64,000 nt of DNA from Marsupella aquatica (taxonomy: Eukaryota > Plantae > Marchantiophyta), in assembly GCA_973895155.1 (NCBI GenBank), contig OZ316896.1, forward strand, positions 5,213,925 through 5,277,924. Reading direction: 5' to 3'. Below are positions 27,167-41,500 of this stretch, in pieces. Made by a program: the position numbers and the translations under genes. Position 1 is the first letter of the stretch. Each line of letters begins with the position of its first letter. Under the pieces are notes generated by a model. The model was not told where the DNA came from and did not search any database. It worked only from the letters and a program-made list of their open reading frames with translations.

Positions 27167-28943
27167 CTAGTTTAATGACAGTCCACAGGACGGTCCTCGT
27201 CCATCTCCACCTCCTGAAGGCCCCGGTCCATGAGGACCAAAGTTAAGGCTGAAACTACAGCCATTCATAGTGCAATTCGTCAATGCTTCAATCTTTTCAA
27301 AGACACTGTTAATTATTGGATTGACAATGGTCAAGTTTGGCAGCCGGGCAATGCCCTTAAATCTTGGGTTAGAACAACTTAAAGCATCCGAATCCATGGA
27401 CTAAAAAAAATATCCAACTCATTATCCTGTTCCTCTTCAATGAAATGAGTCGGAACATCATTGTCCAATGTGCTTAGGCCACGTTCGACAATTGGCGCCA
27501 AGAGCTCAACGCTCACAGCTGTTGTGACAGCTTCAATAGCCGCGACCTCCATCACCGGCTCAACTACTTGCTGAAGGAGAGTAGGTTCCAGTTCTATCAC
27601 AGAAGGCAATGTCGACTTTGCATAATCGGCAGCTGCACTCACCAAGAAACAAACGAGTTATAATCATAAATAATAGATTGAGAAAAACTGAACACAAGTA
27701 ATAGATTGAGCAAAACTGGGAAAGAAAGACTACTTTATTACCTTCGGATGACAGCAACTTGGCTCCATCCTTCAGTTTCTTAGGCTATGGCTCATCCACT
27801 AGAGATACATCAGGCCCAGACACATCTTCACACGTCTCACCATCAATAAGCACCCTCTTGCCTTTAGTTGTCTCCAAGAGGACTGTCTCAGAGAAAGCAG
27901 TCCTGTCTGTGGCACGTCTGAGTGCAGCTTGCACTTTAGCCTGTATGATGTGATCTCTTGTATGCACCCTCACTTTTGTGGCCTGAGATTTTCATCCCAA
28001 CCTTTGGTGGAACGCCCTCATCTCCCATCCGAGAGATGCAAGTGGTGTGTCCAGTTTAGGGTTTAGGGTTTAGGGTTCATGAAATCACCAGGGACGTCAG
28101 TTGCAAAAATAAAATTCATGAGCCTTCATAAGATTATAGAGCTCCTTACCGCCACGTATACACAAAAGATTCAACAAAAAGAAAACTACCCTCCTCTGTA
28201 GGCCACACGAGTGCAAGACATAAGTATTCAAATGAGCCAATATGGTAACCTTATCTACGAAAGTAATGACAGAGGCCTTCTTCCTTGGCACATTAGGGAC
28301 TGCGTTCTTTGACCGCTCCATTGCTAGCACACATGCAACAGGCACTGTCTGGCTTGAAGATTGCATATCAAACACGACTCTTCCTTACCTGTCACAACCA
28401 CACATTTCTCTTGTTTCTTTCTTAAGATATGGTGAAACGCATGATAAAGACCCATCAGGGTCTGCGACAAATAGAGCTTACCACCCCTCTTGCAAACCTG
28501 TTCAAAGAAGTTCATCAAAAGCATCACACAGTCTCGACCAGCCATTTCCTTGAATGGAATGCTAGTCTCCCACCCTTTGAACTCACAAAACTTGCTTCGG
28601 CGGTTAGACGCCCACTGATCAACAGCTGCACTTGGGTTACTCCCACCCTCGGCAAGGGTGTGCTTAAACTGTGCATTTTTTGGCAGGAACTCGCACAAAG
28701 TTCCATTTGAGAGATTGACTGTCAACTATTGGGAGATGATGGATTCAAGTGCAATAACATCAGGGTCTCCATGCAGATCTTGAATATCAGAATCTAGACA
28801 AGATAGTGACTCAACAGCACAGGAGCTCTCAGTGAATGGATCAGACACGGTTCCACTTGAGGCGCAGCAGTCGAAGTCATTACTGACATCCCCAAGCTAA
28901 ACCATGGTGCAGTCTCTTTGGCAACATGTGCTTCATCAACCAT
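27167..28943 (-). pseudogene. Crypton-like tyrosine recombinase (DUF3504-type) relic, frameshifted and internally deleted
   Basis: LMNFFEQVCKRGGKLYLSQTLMGL, RKKASVITFVDK, GLQRRVVFFLLNLLCIRGGKELYNL (first catalytic Arg box) and C-terminal NCTMNGCSFSLNF tail. HxxR and Tyr boxes not found. Confidence 0.7.
28055..28077 (+). repeat. interstitial plant telomeric tract (TTTAGGG)3
   Basis: tttagggtttagggtttagggtt. Confidence 0.9.
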
Positions 28944-29456
28944 GTTGAAACACACAATCAATTGACTGAAACAAAGTCTCATTTCATCTCTATAGTGACC
29001 GACTGCAATAGGGAAGAGACAAATGAATGTAGAGACGAACGGATTGTTACTCAACGACATCAATCTGGAGCGCTTCGAACGCGGTTTATCTTGATGGAGA
29101 AAGGATTCAACAATGCCAAATACTACTAAACACTCAAAACAACCTTGGAAAGTTTTTGGAGGCCTAATCCAACGGTTTATCGTAGCATCGAATAGATGTT
29201 AGTGTAAAAACACTACTAACATACATCCGCAAACACACCGCCAATGACTGTTAGCAAGAATGTTCACCATTAACATCGATATCAGATAAGCTTTGACATC
29301 AGATAAGCAAACTACATTAACTACAATCAGAACCAACAGACAGCTCTTAGGAGTGCAGCTCCAGAAACACCCCCAATACAAATGGGGTCGCAATACTCCA
29401 TTAAGGAGGAAGGAGGGACCTTAAACATATACATTTGGCTTGTCCCCTAAAATTTG

Positions 29457-29575
29457 GGCACGCTACATTCCAATAACCTCCTTATACCTAGGGGTCTCAT
29501 CATATTAAAACTCCACCCTTGGGAAGGTCATGCTATAGCCCTCCCCTATAGTGGACGGTGGGGGTCCTCTTATTC
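29457..29575. repeat. ~118-bp direct repeat, copy 2, flanked by a 22-bp duplication
   Basis: Flanks catttggcttgtcccctaaaat (29432-29453) and catttggtttgtcccctaagat (29575-29596). Confidence 0.9.
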
Positions 29576-29665
29576 ATTTGGTTTGTCCCCTAAGATGCCC
29601 TCTCTTTCAGTATGCACATTTTCCTCACGATTAGAAACCAGAAAGAAGAAGGTCGCGGGGGCTCG

Positions 29666-29674
29666 AAACCCTAA
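29666..29674 (+). promoter_or_regulatory. telo-box upstream of RPL38
   Basis: Perfect AAACCCTAA ~240 bp before the ATG. Confidence 0.7.
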
Positions 29675-29911
29675 CATCGACGGCCAGGATCCAGTCCAAA
29701 GCGGGGGTTTGGATCGCTTCATCGGGCGGCCAGGACGCATCGGAAGTCATCTCTAGCTCCTGCGCTCGCGTTTGCACTCTCCCCTTTGCCCTACGAGCTC
29801 CTTCTCGTCGGTGGCTGCCTCGTCGTCGCTCCATCGCTTCTCTTCCTGCGGACAAGGTCGAGTTTCTGCAACAAATCAATTCCTCGACCACCGATCCTCA
29901 AGTCTGCAGCC

Positions 29912-30984
<1,073 letters not shown>

Positions 30985-32728
30985 ATCAATATGCGCCGTA
31001 AAGTTGTGTAGATGTTTGCGAGACAGAATTCCGCGAAGCCAGTCTTTACAGAGGTAGCTATATCTGATTGGAAGGGGTGACTTAAAAACATGTCCCTTTG
31101 ATTGGTCTGGAAGGGATGCTATATCATCCTGCCCTCAGTGATCTCGGGGTTATTACGAAAGAAAATTTTGATCTTTTCCCTGTGTGCTCCTCATTGAAAT
31201 TGTATACCACGGTCGACCAGTCTTGGGCCCTCCTTGATTGGTGAACCTCATCTTCACCTGTTGTCGTCGTTTACGGTCCCTGTCAGTGCACTCGTTAGCC
31301 GGACAGGCTTGATGCTGATAGTGTTTCAAAGCTTTTCTTTAATTCGGTACCCAATTGCACTCAGTTTCATGTTGTGATTGTTTTAATCGCCAATCTTGTA
31401 AAGCCTCAACCATACCTGTCTGAGAACTTTGTCATGCTTCATTAGTTATCTGCCGCTTCTTATTGTTAGCGTTGACGGAGGTTAGGGCTTCAGCCTTCGT
31501 AGTGCTCTCTGTAACTAATTATTGTCTTTGAGGTTAAATTCAACCGTCGGTGGCTAGTTTAGTTGTTGTAGATTCTACAGTTAGTATGCAATCTCTTGCA
31601 ATTTTTTGGGATATATAAGACCACCTTCGATTGTAGATTCCTAGGCTCACCGAATCCTCTAACCTCGGTGATTAGGTGGCACGGCGTCTGGCAATGCTGC
31701 TTGCAATCCATTAGTCTTGTTGCTCAACCTGGCCTCATCACTTGCAAGTCGGGTTTCGTGAAATATACAACTACCCACAGGAGCTCTGATTTCGATTTTC
31801 GCGCAATGTGTGGAAGAACTTCGTGGTGGGACTTTCACCTTGCATCCTCTACTTCGAAACTATTTTTGTCTGCATTTTTGGAAATCTAAATTCTTTTATC
31901 GGTGGACATCGAGCTCTCGGTTGGTTAGTATCTCCACGGGCACATGAGAACGCTCAATTATTAGATGTGGCCGAGGATGTTTTTGTGAGCATGGATGGGA
32001 ACGAAGAGACTGTTTCTATTCGGAGTTTTTTTTCGTTTGAATTCAAAATAGTGGGTGAGGGTTGTACTTGGGGGCAACTACATGGCAACTGCATTTCCTA
32101 GAGAGATCCAAGTCTGATCAAAGATCAAGCAATTGGCCATAATTTGCTGAAACAGGTTGCTGCCGTGACGCCAGGTTTATTACATGTTAATCTACTATCT
32201 TCGCAATTCTCGACTTGCAGTAACCATTCATATATGCAGAAAAGTAGTAACCATTACTATATGCAGAAAAGCATGGTGTATCGAACAACCTTTGACTGGG
32301 ATTGAGAGAAAAGTAGACGCGTAACGATGGACTGGCCTTCACTTGTGACATTGTGCACTGCGAAAAGTGATACTGATTGTACAAGTGAAGCAAATATTCT
32401 GCCATACTAACGATCAGCTTCCCCAAATTCTACTTGCATGATCTCAGTTGTCGTTGGCCCATTGCAAAGAACGTTAGTTCGCCATAATCCTACTTATTTT
32501 TATTCCTTAAAACAATTGCACTTGCATTTCAACAATTGGTTTTGGCCGATGGAAAGATTGGAGGAAAGCTGACGCCATTGTCCCTTGCCCTTTGTACGGT
32601 AGATGGTTGCACCTAAAGAAGGCGAGCAGTGGAGGACATTCATTGGGCCCAAAGTAAGGTTAATGCTCCTATTGCGCTCCAAGTAATCTATAAAACATCT
32701 TAATTCTAACATGGGAAAGCTAGAGTTT

Positions 32729-33086
32729 GGGTCTAGGGTTCTAGACTAATTCTCCACACACATGCTCCAAGTGACCTGTGAAACTCATTTTGGGTCCAGG
32801 GTTCTAGAACAATTCTCCACACATGCTCCAACTATCCTGTGAAACGCATCTAGGGTGCTATAACAATTCTCCACAGTTATGCTCCAATTAACCTGTGACA
32901 CACATCTTAGTGTCTAGGGTTCTAGAATAATTCTCCACACTTATGCTCCAAGTAACCTGTGAAACACATCTTTGGGTCTAGGGTTCTAGAACAATTCTCC
33001 ACACATGCTCCAAGTATCTCGTGAAACACATCTAGGGTTCTATAGCAATTCTCCTCACTTATGCTCCAAGTAACCTGTGAAACACA
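32729..33086. repeat. ~50-60-bp minisatellite, ~6 copies
   Basis: tctagggttctagaacaattctccacacatgctccaagtaacctgtgaaacacatc repeated. Confidence 0.9.
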
Positions 33087-35333
33087 ACTTACTTATAAAA
33101 CGTGAACCCTAAGCTAGAGTTCTCATATAGGCTTCATTCTAGAAGCCTATACCATAACTGTATAGCCCACCATGCATTCTTTTTGTCATTGTTTCTCCTT
33201 ACATTCAAATAAGGGGCATTCAGGCTTCTAGTGTTGGTTATGCCCTTAACCCTAAAGCTGTAAGTAATCTGTGAAGCTAGTGTACTAACGTTCCCAAACT
33301 ACTTAAATTACTAGCCTGTTCCTAAACAAAATAGTTTGTTAAACAGCCTCCCATCTTGTATATGGGTTCTTATTAATTTAGCCATGTTAGTCAATTTTTG
33401 GTCAAGGCTTCCCGTGGCCATGAGCTACAGCACCATTGGCTGGGTATTGGCCTACTACCCTGTCCCTCCCTTCTTGCTGCTGGCATGAGATAGACTCTCA
33501 AGGCCTGAGCAGCGGAAACCAGCCCTAGGAACTGCCAAATTGATTTTTTTTCCAAGACTCTCACTTTTAGTCACAAAAATGAGAAAATTGTTTGCACATT
33601 TGCCAGACCTAAATCAACTGTCACCCGCCACAGTCTACCTCCCTGGCTTTTGATCTGTGCTGGACCTCCAATCTTTATCTTTGGCCTCTGGCTAGGGAGA
33701 GGAAGGCAGACAAGGTGGCCAGAGGTGGGCGGAGCAAATCGTAGATAGGACCCTTTGCAGGTCCAATCTAGATTCAGGATTCAGGATTTTTGAACTCAAG
33801 ATCTATGAGTCATTACTCAATTCAAGTGAGCTACCACCTAGCATGCCTGCGGGGCTGAAATGCTGCCTTGTTTATGCAGGCAAATGTGTCTTTTTACCTC
33901 AGAAAATAGGGGCCTGGAACAATTGCTGGGCCAGGAGGATGGTTGGATTTGCCTTCACAAAGGGTTAGGGCCTTCTTGCCCCGGGTAAGGTGGGGCCAAA
34001 CACACCTTGCCATGTGACAACCAACCATTGACTGCTGACCTTAGGTCAACAGCTGTGGTCAAGGTCACCCCATATATGAAAGTTAGGGGGACAGGTTATT
34101 GAAAAAGGGTCCACATGAGAAGGAGGGCAACCTCATCACAGTCATGCAATCTTGGGTTAATGTAACTCATGTTAGGCAAACCAATACACTTGAGGGAATC
34201 CAAACTGCTGCTCTCCATAGCCTGGTAAAAGAGATGCAGTAGTACAATGAAGACTACTATTGCTCCCCCAATTAAAGAATACTGTGTGTCTGTTTCTTTA
34301 TCAAGTTGCAGTTACTACATAACCAGACAAAGAAAATGTGCTGTTTGAAGGAAAAGTTTTCCTCTGTGGTCCATCTGGATATTTTCTCATACATTTAAGT
34401 CCACAAGGGCTTAAGTTACAGAGCAAGTTGGAATATTTGGGGCATCTCAAAGCTTCATAATTACAGAAGGTGGCTTCACAGGGTTCAAGTTTACATTTTC
34501 CTCCACTATCCTCTCCGGTGAGGTAGAGTCATGGAAAACTACCAATCTCTACAGCCGAAAGTTGGATATTGAATTTGAGAAAAAGTTATGGAGTACCAAA
34601 TTACTAAATTAAGGTACATTAAATATTAAAGTTGATATTGAATTTGAGATTCCGTAATGTTTCCTGTTAACTACTAACTTAAGGCAAATAAAATTTTAAA
34701 GTAGACATTGAATTTGGTACTGCAATATATATTTTCTGTTATTTATTATAGTAATCGAGGTACCTTTAAATGTAAAGTATATACTGAATTTGGCATTCCA
34801 TAATTTTTTTTGTTAATTATGGACCCCATGAGAGGTCCCTTGCAAATTCTCTGTCACAAGGTTATGTCAGCACAACCAGCCACAAACAAGAATGATCTTA
34901 TTTTTAACACTAACAAAAGTGCATATTCATGTTTATGGCAAAAGCAATCTAAGTTTTGGGTTACTACGTAAAGGTCCATCAAATTCTAAAGTCTAAGACC
35001 ACTATTTATTTATTTATTTTGCAAACTCGAATGGCACTATGGTACTCGTGTTCGGAGCCGATTCCTTCGTCAAAGGGTCACTTTGTGCCCTCCAATGTTT
35101 CCAGATTTTTTCCTCCTTTTCCGGTCTTCGGAAAGTGTAGTCTGCGTTTTTCGAAGTTTTAGGGTTCGGTCGCAACATTCAATTCGTGAATGACACAAAG
35201 GCATCGGCAGACCCACAATCTGGAACCTTCGTAGTCGGATCGGCTTTCGCTATAGTCCTTGGAAGAAGACGAAGCAGCAGCAGAAGGAGCAGCAAGAGGA
35301 GACAGCCGAGGTCGAAGTCGATCAGGAGCAAAG

Positions 35334-35519
35334 ATGAAGCCGTTTCCAGTGTTCGTGGGATTCGAAATGGATGACCAGGGCGTAGGTGCAGCGATGGATG
35401 TCGATTTGGACGGGGACGCTCTGGACTTGCTCGGCGATGCGCTCTCCGATCATAAACCCTCTGATGCTGATTTCTTCAATTCGTTCGAGGACGATTTCGA
35501 TGATGCGGATCTTGAGTGA
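35334..35519 (+). CDS. SMAP1: small acidic protein 1 (61 aa)
   Basis: MKPFPVFVGFEMDDQGVGAAMDVDLDGDALDLLGDALSDHKPSDADFFNSFEDDFDDADLE, with the characteristic C-terminal Phe/Asp motif DADFFNxFxDDFDD. Confidence 0.92.
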   Translation: MKPFPVFVGFEMDDQGVGAAMDVDLDGDALDLLGDALSDHKPSDADFFNSFEDDFDDADLE

Positions 35520-38500
35520 ATTTGAGCTTGCCAGCCAGTATATGGTCCCCACCTTCTGTGTTAGAAACGTAGGGTAGAAGATACTGGGGATTCCCTACAC
35601 TTGTTTCTGGAGCCCAAACGTTTTGTGTTCTTCCTCTCGTAGACGGCTTTTGTGGGGTTTGAAGGACTCGGATGTGAAGGAGCTTGCAATAGCGGAAGGA
35701 AGCTGCCGTTAGTGCTTTTTGAGGTTTCATAATGTTTCGATCGAAGAAGGCTCCTCCGGCACCGTGCAGTAAACATGCTTGCGACATACAGGCTTGCTTA
35801 ACGAAGAATGGCTTCCAGCATGAAAGGTATTAGTTTAAGTGCATGGGAGTTGAATTTGTGGAATCATCTCACTTTAGTTACGTTCTCGCGGGGCACAATT
35901 TTTGGATTAAAGTGTTTTCCATGTTCTTTGAACGGCAATTTTATTGCGTTTCGGTACGTGTTTTGGGACCTCACAGTTCTGCTTAGCTGTGTCCTGTTGA
36001 TCGTGTTATAGCAAGATACCTCTCGAGGGCAGCATCTCGGTTATTAGTGTTTGTTTTAGAGCAGAGTTCTACTGCACACACGCCTACTGTCTATTTCAAC
36101 CCCAATTTCCAGGATTAAGGCATTCTATCCATGGATGGTGCTTTTAGAACATTGGCATGCCTCCCTTGATAGACAAAGGACCTTTTGTGAATTTGGCTCA
36201 ACTTATCCCACACCTAATCTGCCCCCTGAGATCTACATTCCCGACTAGTAGTCATAGAATCTCCGAGAAAACGAATTTTGCTCCTTGCCCTAAACTTGGT
36301 AGTATGCCTTGTCAGATTGAGAAGGTTGATAACTTGTAATCTACCTATTTTTTACAAGATTTAAGGCCAATATTTTCAGAGGAACAGCAGCGTATCAGTG
36401 TATACCCATGTGCTCACAACCTCTAGCAGTTCTCATATTCCCAGCACATTAGAATGAGTTAACCAGGTGCTGGAATTGTCAGGCCTGAACTTAAAAACTC
36501 CAAAAATGGTTATATTGCTGACTCTGGTGGTCTGTTGAGAGCTAGAGCTGTGTTCAGCGGTTCTATTCCACTATTTGTTTCTTTCCACGTAGGACCAGCA
36601 GTTCACGTGGGGACACTCAGTATACTAAAGTGTACGTGAAGGCACAATAGTGGTCGGACGGCTGACAGCGAAATGTGCACTCGTCCAGCACTTAGCTCGT
36701 ATCGTAGGTGAAAGCCGCCCGAGCATTACCCAGCATTGGCTTGCCATGTATACAAATGGATTAGAAACGATGCGATTACAGTCTCCAGAAGTACACTTAT
36801 TCTGGCTAAAAGCGTCAGAAACTTCCCACAAACGTCCTCATCTTCGGCATATTCGTATAGGAATTAACAAAGAGGGAGGAGTCTTTTTATCTGTTTGTAT
36901 ATGTAATTATCAGAGTCGACATAGGGATTAGGTGTATCTGTAAATATCAGAGTTCACATAGGGATTAGGATATGTATTTTATTTTCAAATGGTTGCTCTC
37001 CGTAAAGCTCAGACATTGGTTGTCCTGGCCTTGACTCTGTTAACGTCTTTCATTTTTGCAGGTGCAAATACGAAATTTCGAAACTGCAAAAGTGTTGCGA
37101 GAAGTGTGAATATAAATCCGTGCACTGTGGATCCGTGACCAATATTTTGGGCACCAGCAAGCCCAAAGCTTGATATCTCGGTCATACATTTAGTCTTGGG
37201 ATGCGTACATCATAAACATTGGAAGGAGTAGGGCATGTGCTTGCTGTTATCCAGTTGGGAGAGTTCTTGATGTGATCTGATGTTTGTTTACGGTCCTTAT
37301 TACTGTGGTAAGGACGGATAGGAAATAAGAATTGTTCCATAACTGTTTTAAGTTGTATCATTGTTTTTTACTTACTTTGTTCTAGTCTTCGTTTTGCCCT
37401 TAACGTTATTACACCGAATTCATATACGATAAATGGTTCCCAGCGCTGCTGTGTATACAAGTTCTGAATATCTTTTGGTCTGTCCAAGCACCTCTTCCCT
37501 CCTTGATTCGGTTTCATAAACCGATATGGTGGCTACCTGGCAGATAGTTTTTCTCCTAGAGCAGGGTGTATCTGAGACGGGGAACGTCGGAAAAGAGCCA
37601 ACAAGGGTTCAAAATGCCTGGAATAAAGCTCTTTCATCCTGAGAAAGCTACAAGAATATCTTTATCGTTAGTTGTGACAAAAATCCCTGTCCTGCTTGCC
37701 ACAGACAGTTCTGACACGGGCTTCAGACTGGAGCAAACAGAAAAGTCTTGCGCGGGTACAAGAGCTCGCATCTGGAATGATGAGCTTTCTAGCATACACG
37801 AGGTAGATAGCTATGTCCTACATGCTCGAATTACTACTGGTTTCTCAATATAATTGCCATAAGATGTACCTGAGCTGAAAACTAAGCTGTCATTTCGAGA
37901 CAGCAGAGTTGAGCTAGAGGGCTTTCTATGAATCGTGCTGGGGGGTTTCGAGTCAATATTTCCGTCGATTCAATTTCCCGTACACCAGACCCCTGGAAGC
38001 ATGTCGAACATGTCATATGGAATGTCGAGGCCTAGAAGCATTACGAAGATGTTATATGGAATGTCGATGAAGTGTGTAGCAACAGCCTCCACTCAGACTA
38101 GACTTAGTGCGGTATAAATAGCACTCGAACAGTAAGCAACTCTGCTTTGTAAACGTGTCCAGCTTTCGGTGTCTCCCTTAGCAAGTGTTTGCATCGACAT
38201 TAGGAGCGAATTCTGTAGTAAACATTGCTATGTACCTTGCAGAGTAGCTTGTAAATTTTCTTTCTAAAATTCAGGAATTCTGCTAACGACCATCTTCTCT
38301 ATTGCATCTAGTTTCCTTGGTCCAAGCGAAGCAGTCCTGAATCCATATTCCTTGGACACCCAGTTCTTGAAATGATTGACTTGAGCAGTTTGGGAATATG
38401 TAATTGACAATCACGACAAGTATTGTAGTTTTTTCCAAGTGCTTCAAAGGCTCGGATGCTGAAGACTGTTTTGAGAGCGTCCAAACAGAACATTGTCTCT

Positions 38501-41500
38501 AAGATTGTGTAAATCAAATCAAACAGAACATTGTGTCTAAGATTGTGTAAATCAATTCACCACATATGCCGCAAAATATTTGATTCTTCTGGACTTGTCC
38601 ATGACAAAACCTGGATCCAACAGGTTTCACCATTTTAAGTGCCTTTTTAATCACTGTTTTAAGTGCCATTTTAAACCCTGGATCCACTAGGTTTCACCAT
38701 TTTAAATATCTTTTGTAAACCTGTATTCACTAGGTTTCACCATTTTAAGATTTTTGAGTAACAAAGTCTCACATAACAAAGTCTCACAGTAGAGGAGATA
38801 AATGTGGAAAAGAGAGAAAATTTGGACATTTCTCTTTTTATTCGACCAGTGGTGGTTTAACCTGCAGCATCCCTGATTTCAACACCATTTTATGAACAGG
38901 GCATGCATTGTGCAGATTTGTCATATCTGAGCTGGTACCTACTAAGGTTAGCGAGGAGGTCATTCTTATTGTCTAGATCTAGAAAAGGCAGATTGCCCTT
39001 GCCAGTGACCTAATGAAATAGTCAGAGGAGGCAAACAATATTTTTCAAGTATAACAAATCAAGCTCAGATGAAGGTAAGTACATTTACTTTACTTATATT
39101 TATAAGCCATTTATTTATAGCATTATGGATCAATGGGGACCCAATCGCTGACGGGTCTTTTGTCATCAACGCGGCTTTCAAGGCATGTGATGATGTTGGG
39201 CAGGCAAAAAGGCGAGACTGCCAGAGTCTGTACTGCCTGCTGAACCCACTCTCTCTTTCAACTGCTGCAGCATCAAGACTGTGCTCCAAAAGGGAGCGGA
39301 GCCCAGCAGCAGCAGCAGCAGCAGGCCGTTGCAGAGCTCGAGCAAAGCTGAATCAATGCCAGCCGCAGCAGCTCAGCTCAAGTCGAGGCGACGTCCAAAT
39401 TGATCTGGCCTCAGGAGGAGCAGCTCAGGCTGGATCGTTGGATTCCCTGAGCGCGGAGGAGACTTTTTGAGCAGCTGAGTGGGACGATCGGGCTAGCTAG
39501 ATCAGTACTTGTACTTACAGTACGATTGTGCAAGTGTGCCAAAGGGCACGAACGCAAATTGGAAAAGGAGGCGGCATGCAGGGCAGGATGGGCAGGGTGG
39601 TTGCCGGCTTCTTCTCCGTGCCTAGCTACTACCCGCACCATCGATTCCCCCATTCCATTCCAGCCCCGTCCTGATTGAACGCGGATATGCCTGAGAATCA
39701 TTGCCTTGTTAGTTTCCAGCTTTTTAGGAGAGCAACAATCTCCATCTCAGCTGAGTCTCTTCAAATTTATATTCCCGGCCGTGGCCATTCAGTAAGTAAC
39801 GCAGGCTATATAATTATGTATGCCCAACGGAGGAGGACACTGATGAGAGATTTCAACCGACCTCGAGTCAAGAGCCGTCCGGCAATCGTCCGGCAATCGT
39901 CCGGCAATTGTCCGGGTCGGTGGGATAGATAGACATTCGTTCTTTACTTGCTTTTTCTTCGTCGCTGATCTAATCAGTCAATTTGAGAAAGGGTAAGGAC
40001 TGAGGAGAAGGGTGCCGGGATGGCTGGCTGTCAACTGGCAGAATGCGGGACTGGCAGGCTTGTCCATATCTAACGCGGCAATGAGGGGACAAGAGGACAT
40101 ATGCATGACAAGATTGGTACGTCAGAAGCATTCGTCGTCCCCTACAGCCGGACACACCCTTGATGCTTCCATCCGCAGGCAGCAGGCTCTTTCAAATTCA
40201 GAGGCTTGGACTCACTCGCCATCACGTAGGTGGAAAGGAGGCTCAGTCACCGATTCTTTCCCAGACGTTCATTCCGTGCAATGCCCGCCCGGCCCCAGCT
40301 CTGCAGCAGACGCTTCAACCTGCAGGCAAGGCATGTCATGTTGGCAGGCTCCGTGCCAGATCTCAACAGTTCTTTCACAATTCAATGTGCCCACCAGGTT
40401 CACTATTTAACTCGATCATCACCTTTTATCGAGGAGGGAGCTCTCCTGGCCAGAAAAAGGGGAAGTCCTCTATATGGCAGGTTGGATGCATACTGGTAGG
40501 TCCAATTTCACACATGTATCGAGAAGTTTCTATACTGCCACATTGTCAATGCATGTGTACCCTCTTTCCCCACACCCTTTCCACAAATTTTGGACTTGCT
40601 AGTTCTTAATATTCCCGGCTTCATACGTAAACCGGGACAGTCAAATACCCGGGTCAAATGTTCCACAAATCATCCTCTTTTCACCCACTCAGTTTGTAGA
40701 GAGAGGGGTTTACGGAGGGACTGTCAAAACGCCTTAATTATGTTTCCCGAGGAATGAAGCCGGCACATGCTTATATAGCTCACACTTGGGATCGATCCAC
40801 CTCGTAATAAGCAATCTTTGTGAAAAGAGTTATTAACAAGCTACAGTAGGTAACTAAAGAAGATCGCACTCGATTAACTTTTCACTGGGATGTTCAATAT
40901 GAATGATGAATCCATAATGCTCTTCTGACGCAGGTCTCCATGCCACAAAGTGTAATTTTGCTCAATCGATAAGTCCGACGCTTTTATTACTGAATGATAA
41001 TCATCTCGAAAGTCAAGATACTTTTCTGTTTGTGTGTCGGCATGCATGCTCTTCATTCACCTATGGCAATCTAGAGCTAGGAGGCTAACGAACGGGTGTC
41101 CTTTGACCAACTTTGTCGAGTCAATTCATAGCATTCATAGCTGGGTTTGTAACGCTGCAAAGCTGAAAGTGAACGTACAGACGAACATGATCAATGACAT
41201 AAATTTTGCAGTCAGTGAGCTCTCCGTTCTGAGATGCTTTCGGTGATTTTCATCCTGGATACATGGTCGCGGTCAGAAATTTTCCGCAAGGTGAATCAGA
41301 GGTCCAAGTCCCGAAGACATGCAAGGTCAAGCTCTAGATGTTTCGAAGAATTTTTTAGTATATGAATGCAATTTGAATTTATGAGATCAGTGTTAGATCA
41401 TGCACCCGATAAGAATGCCCAGAAGAGGATTCAATTATAGACTGGTCCCTCGGTCCCTTGAAATTGAAAATCCCGCATTTGGAAAATAAGTGAAACTTTG

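Noticed and set aside
33280-34190. Degenerate MITE related to 25438-26059
   Set aside because: The left end resembles the TIR but the right-hand match is too weak to define.
35259-35333. N-terminal extension of SMAP1 in the ORF track
   Set aside because: It starts at TTG. The family-typical start is the ATG at 35334.
40751-40761. miR166 complement GGAATGAAGCC
   Set aside because: Only an 11-nt match and no precursor hairpin.
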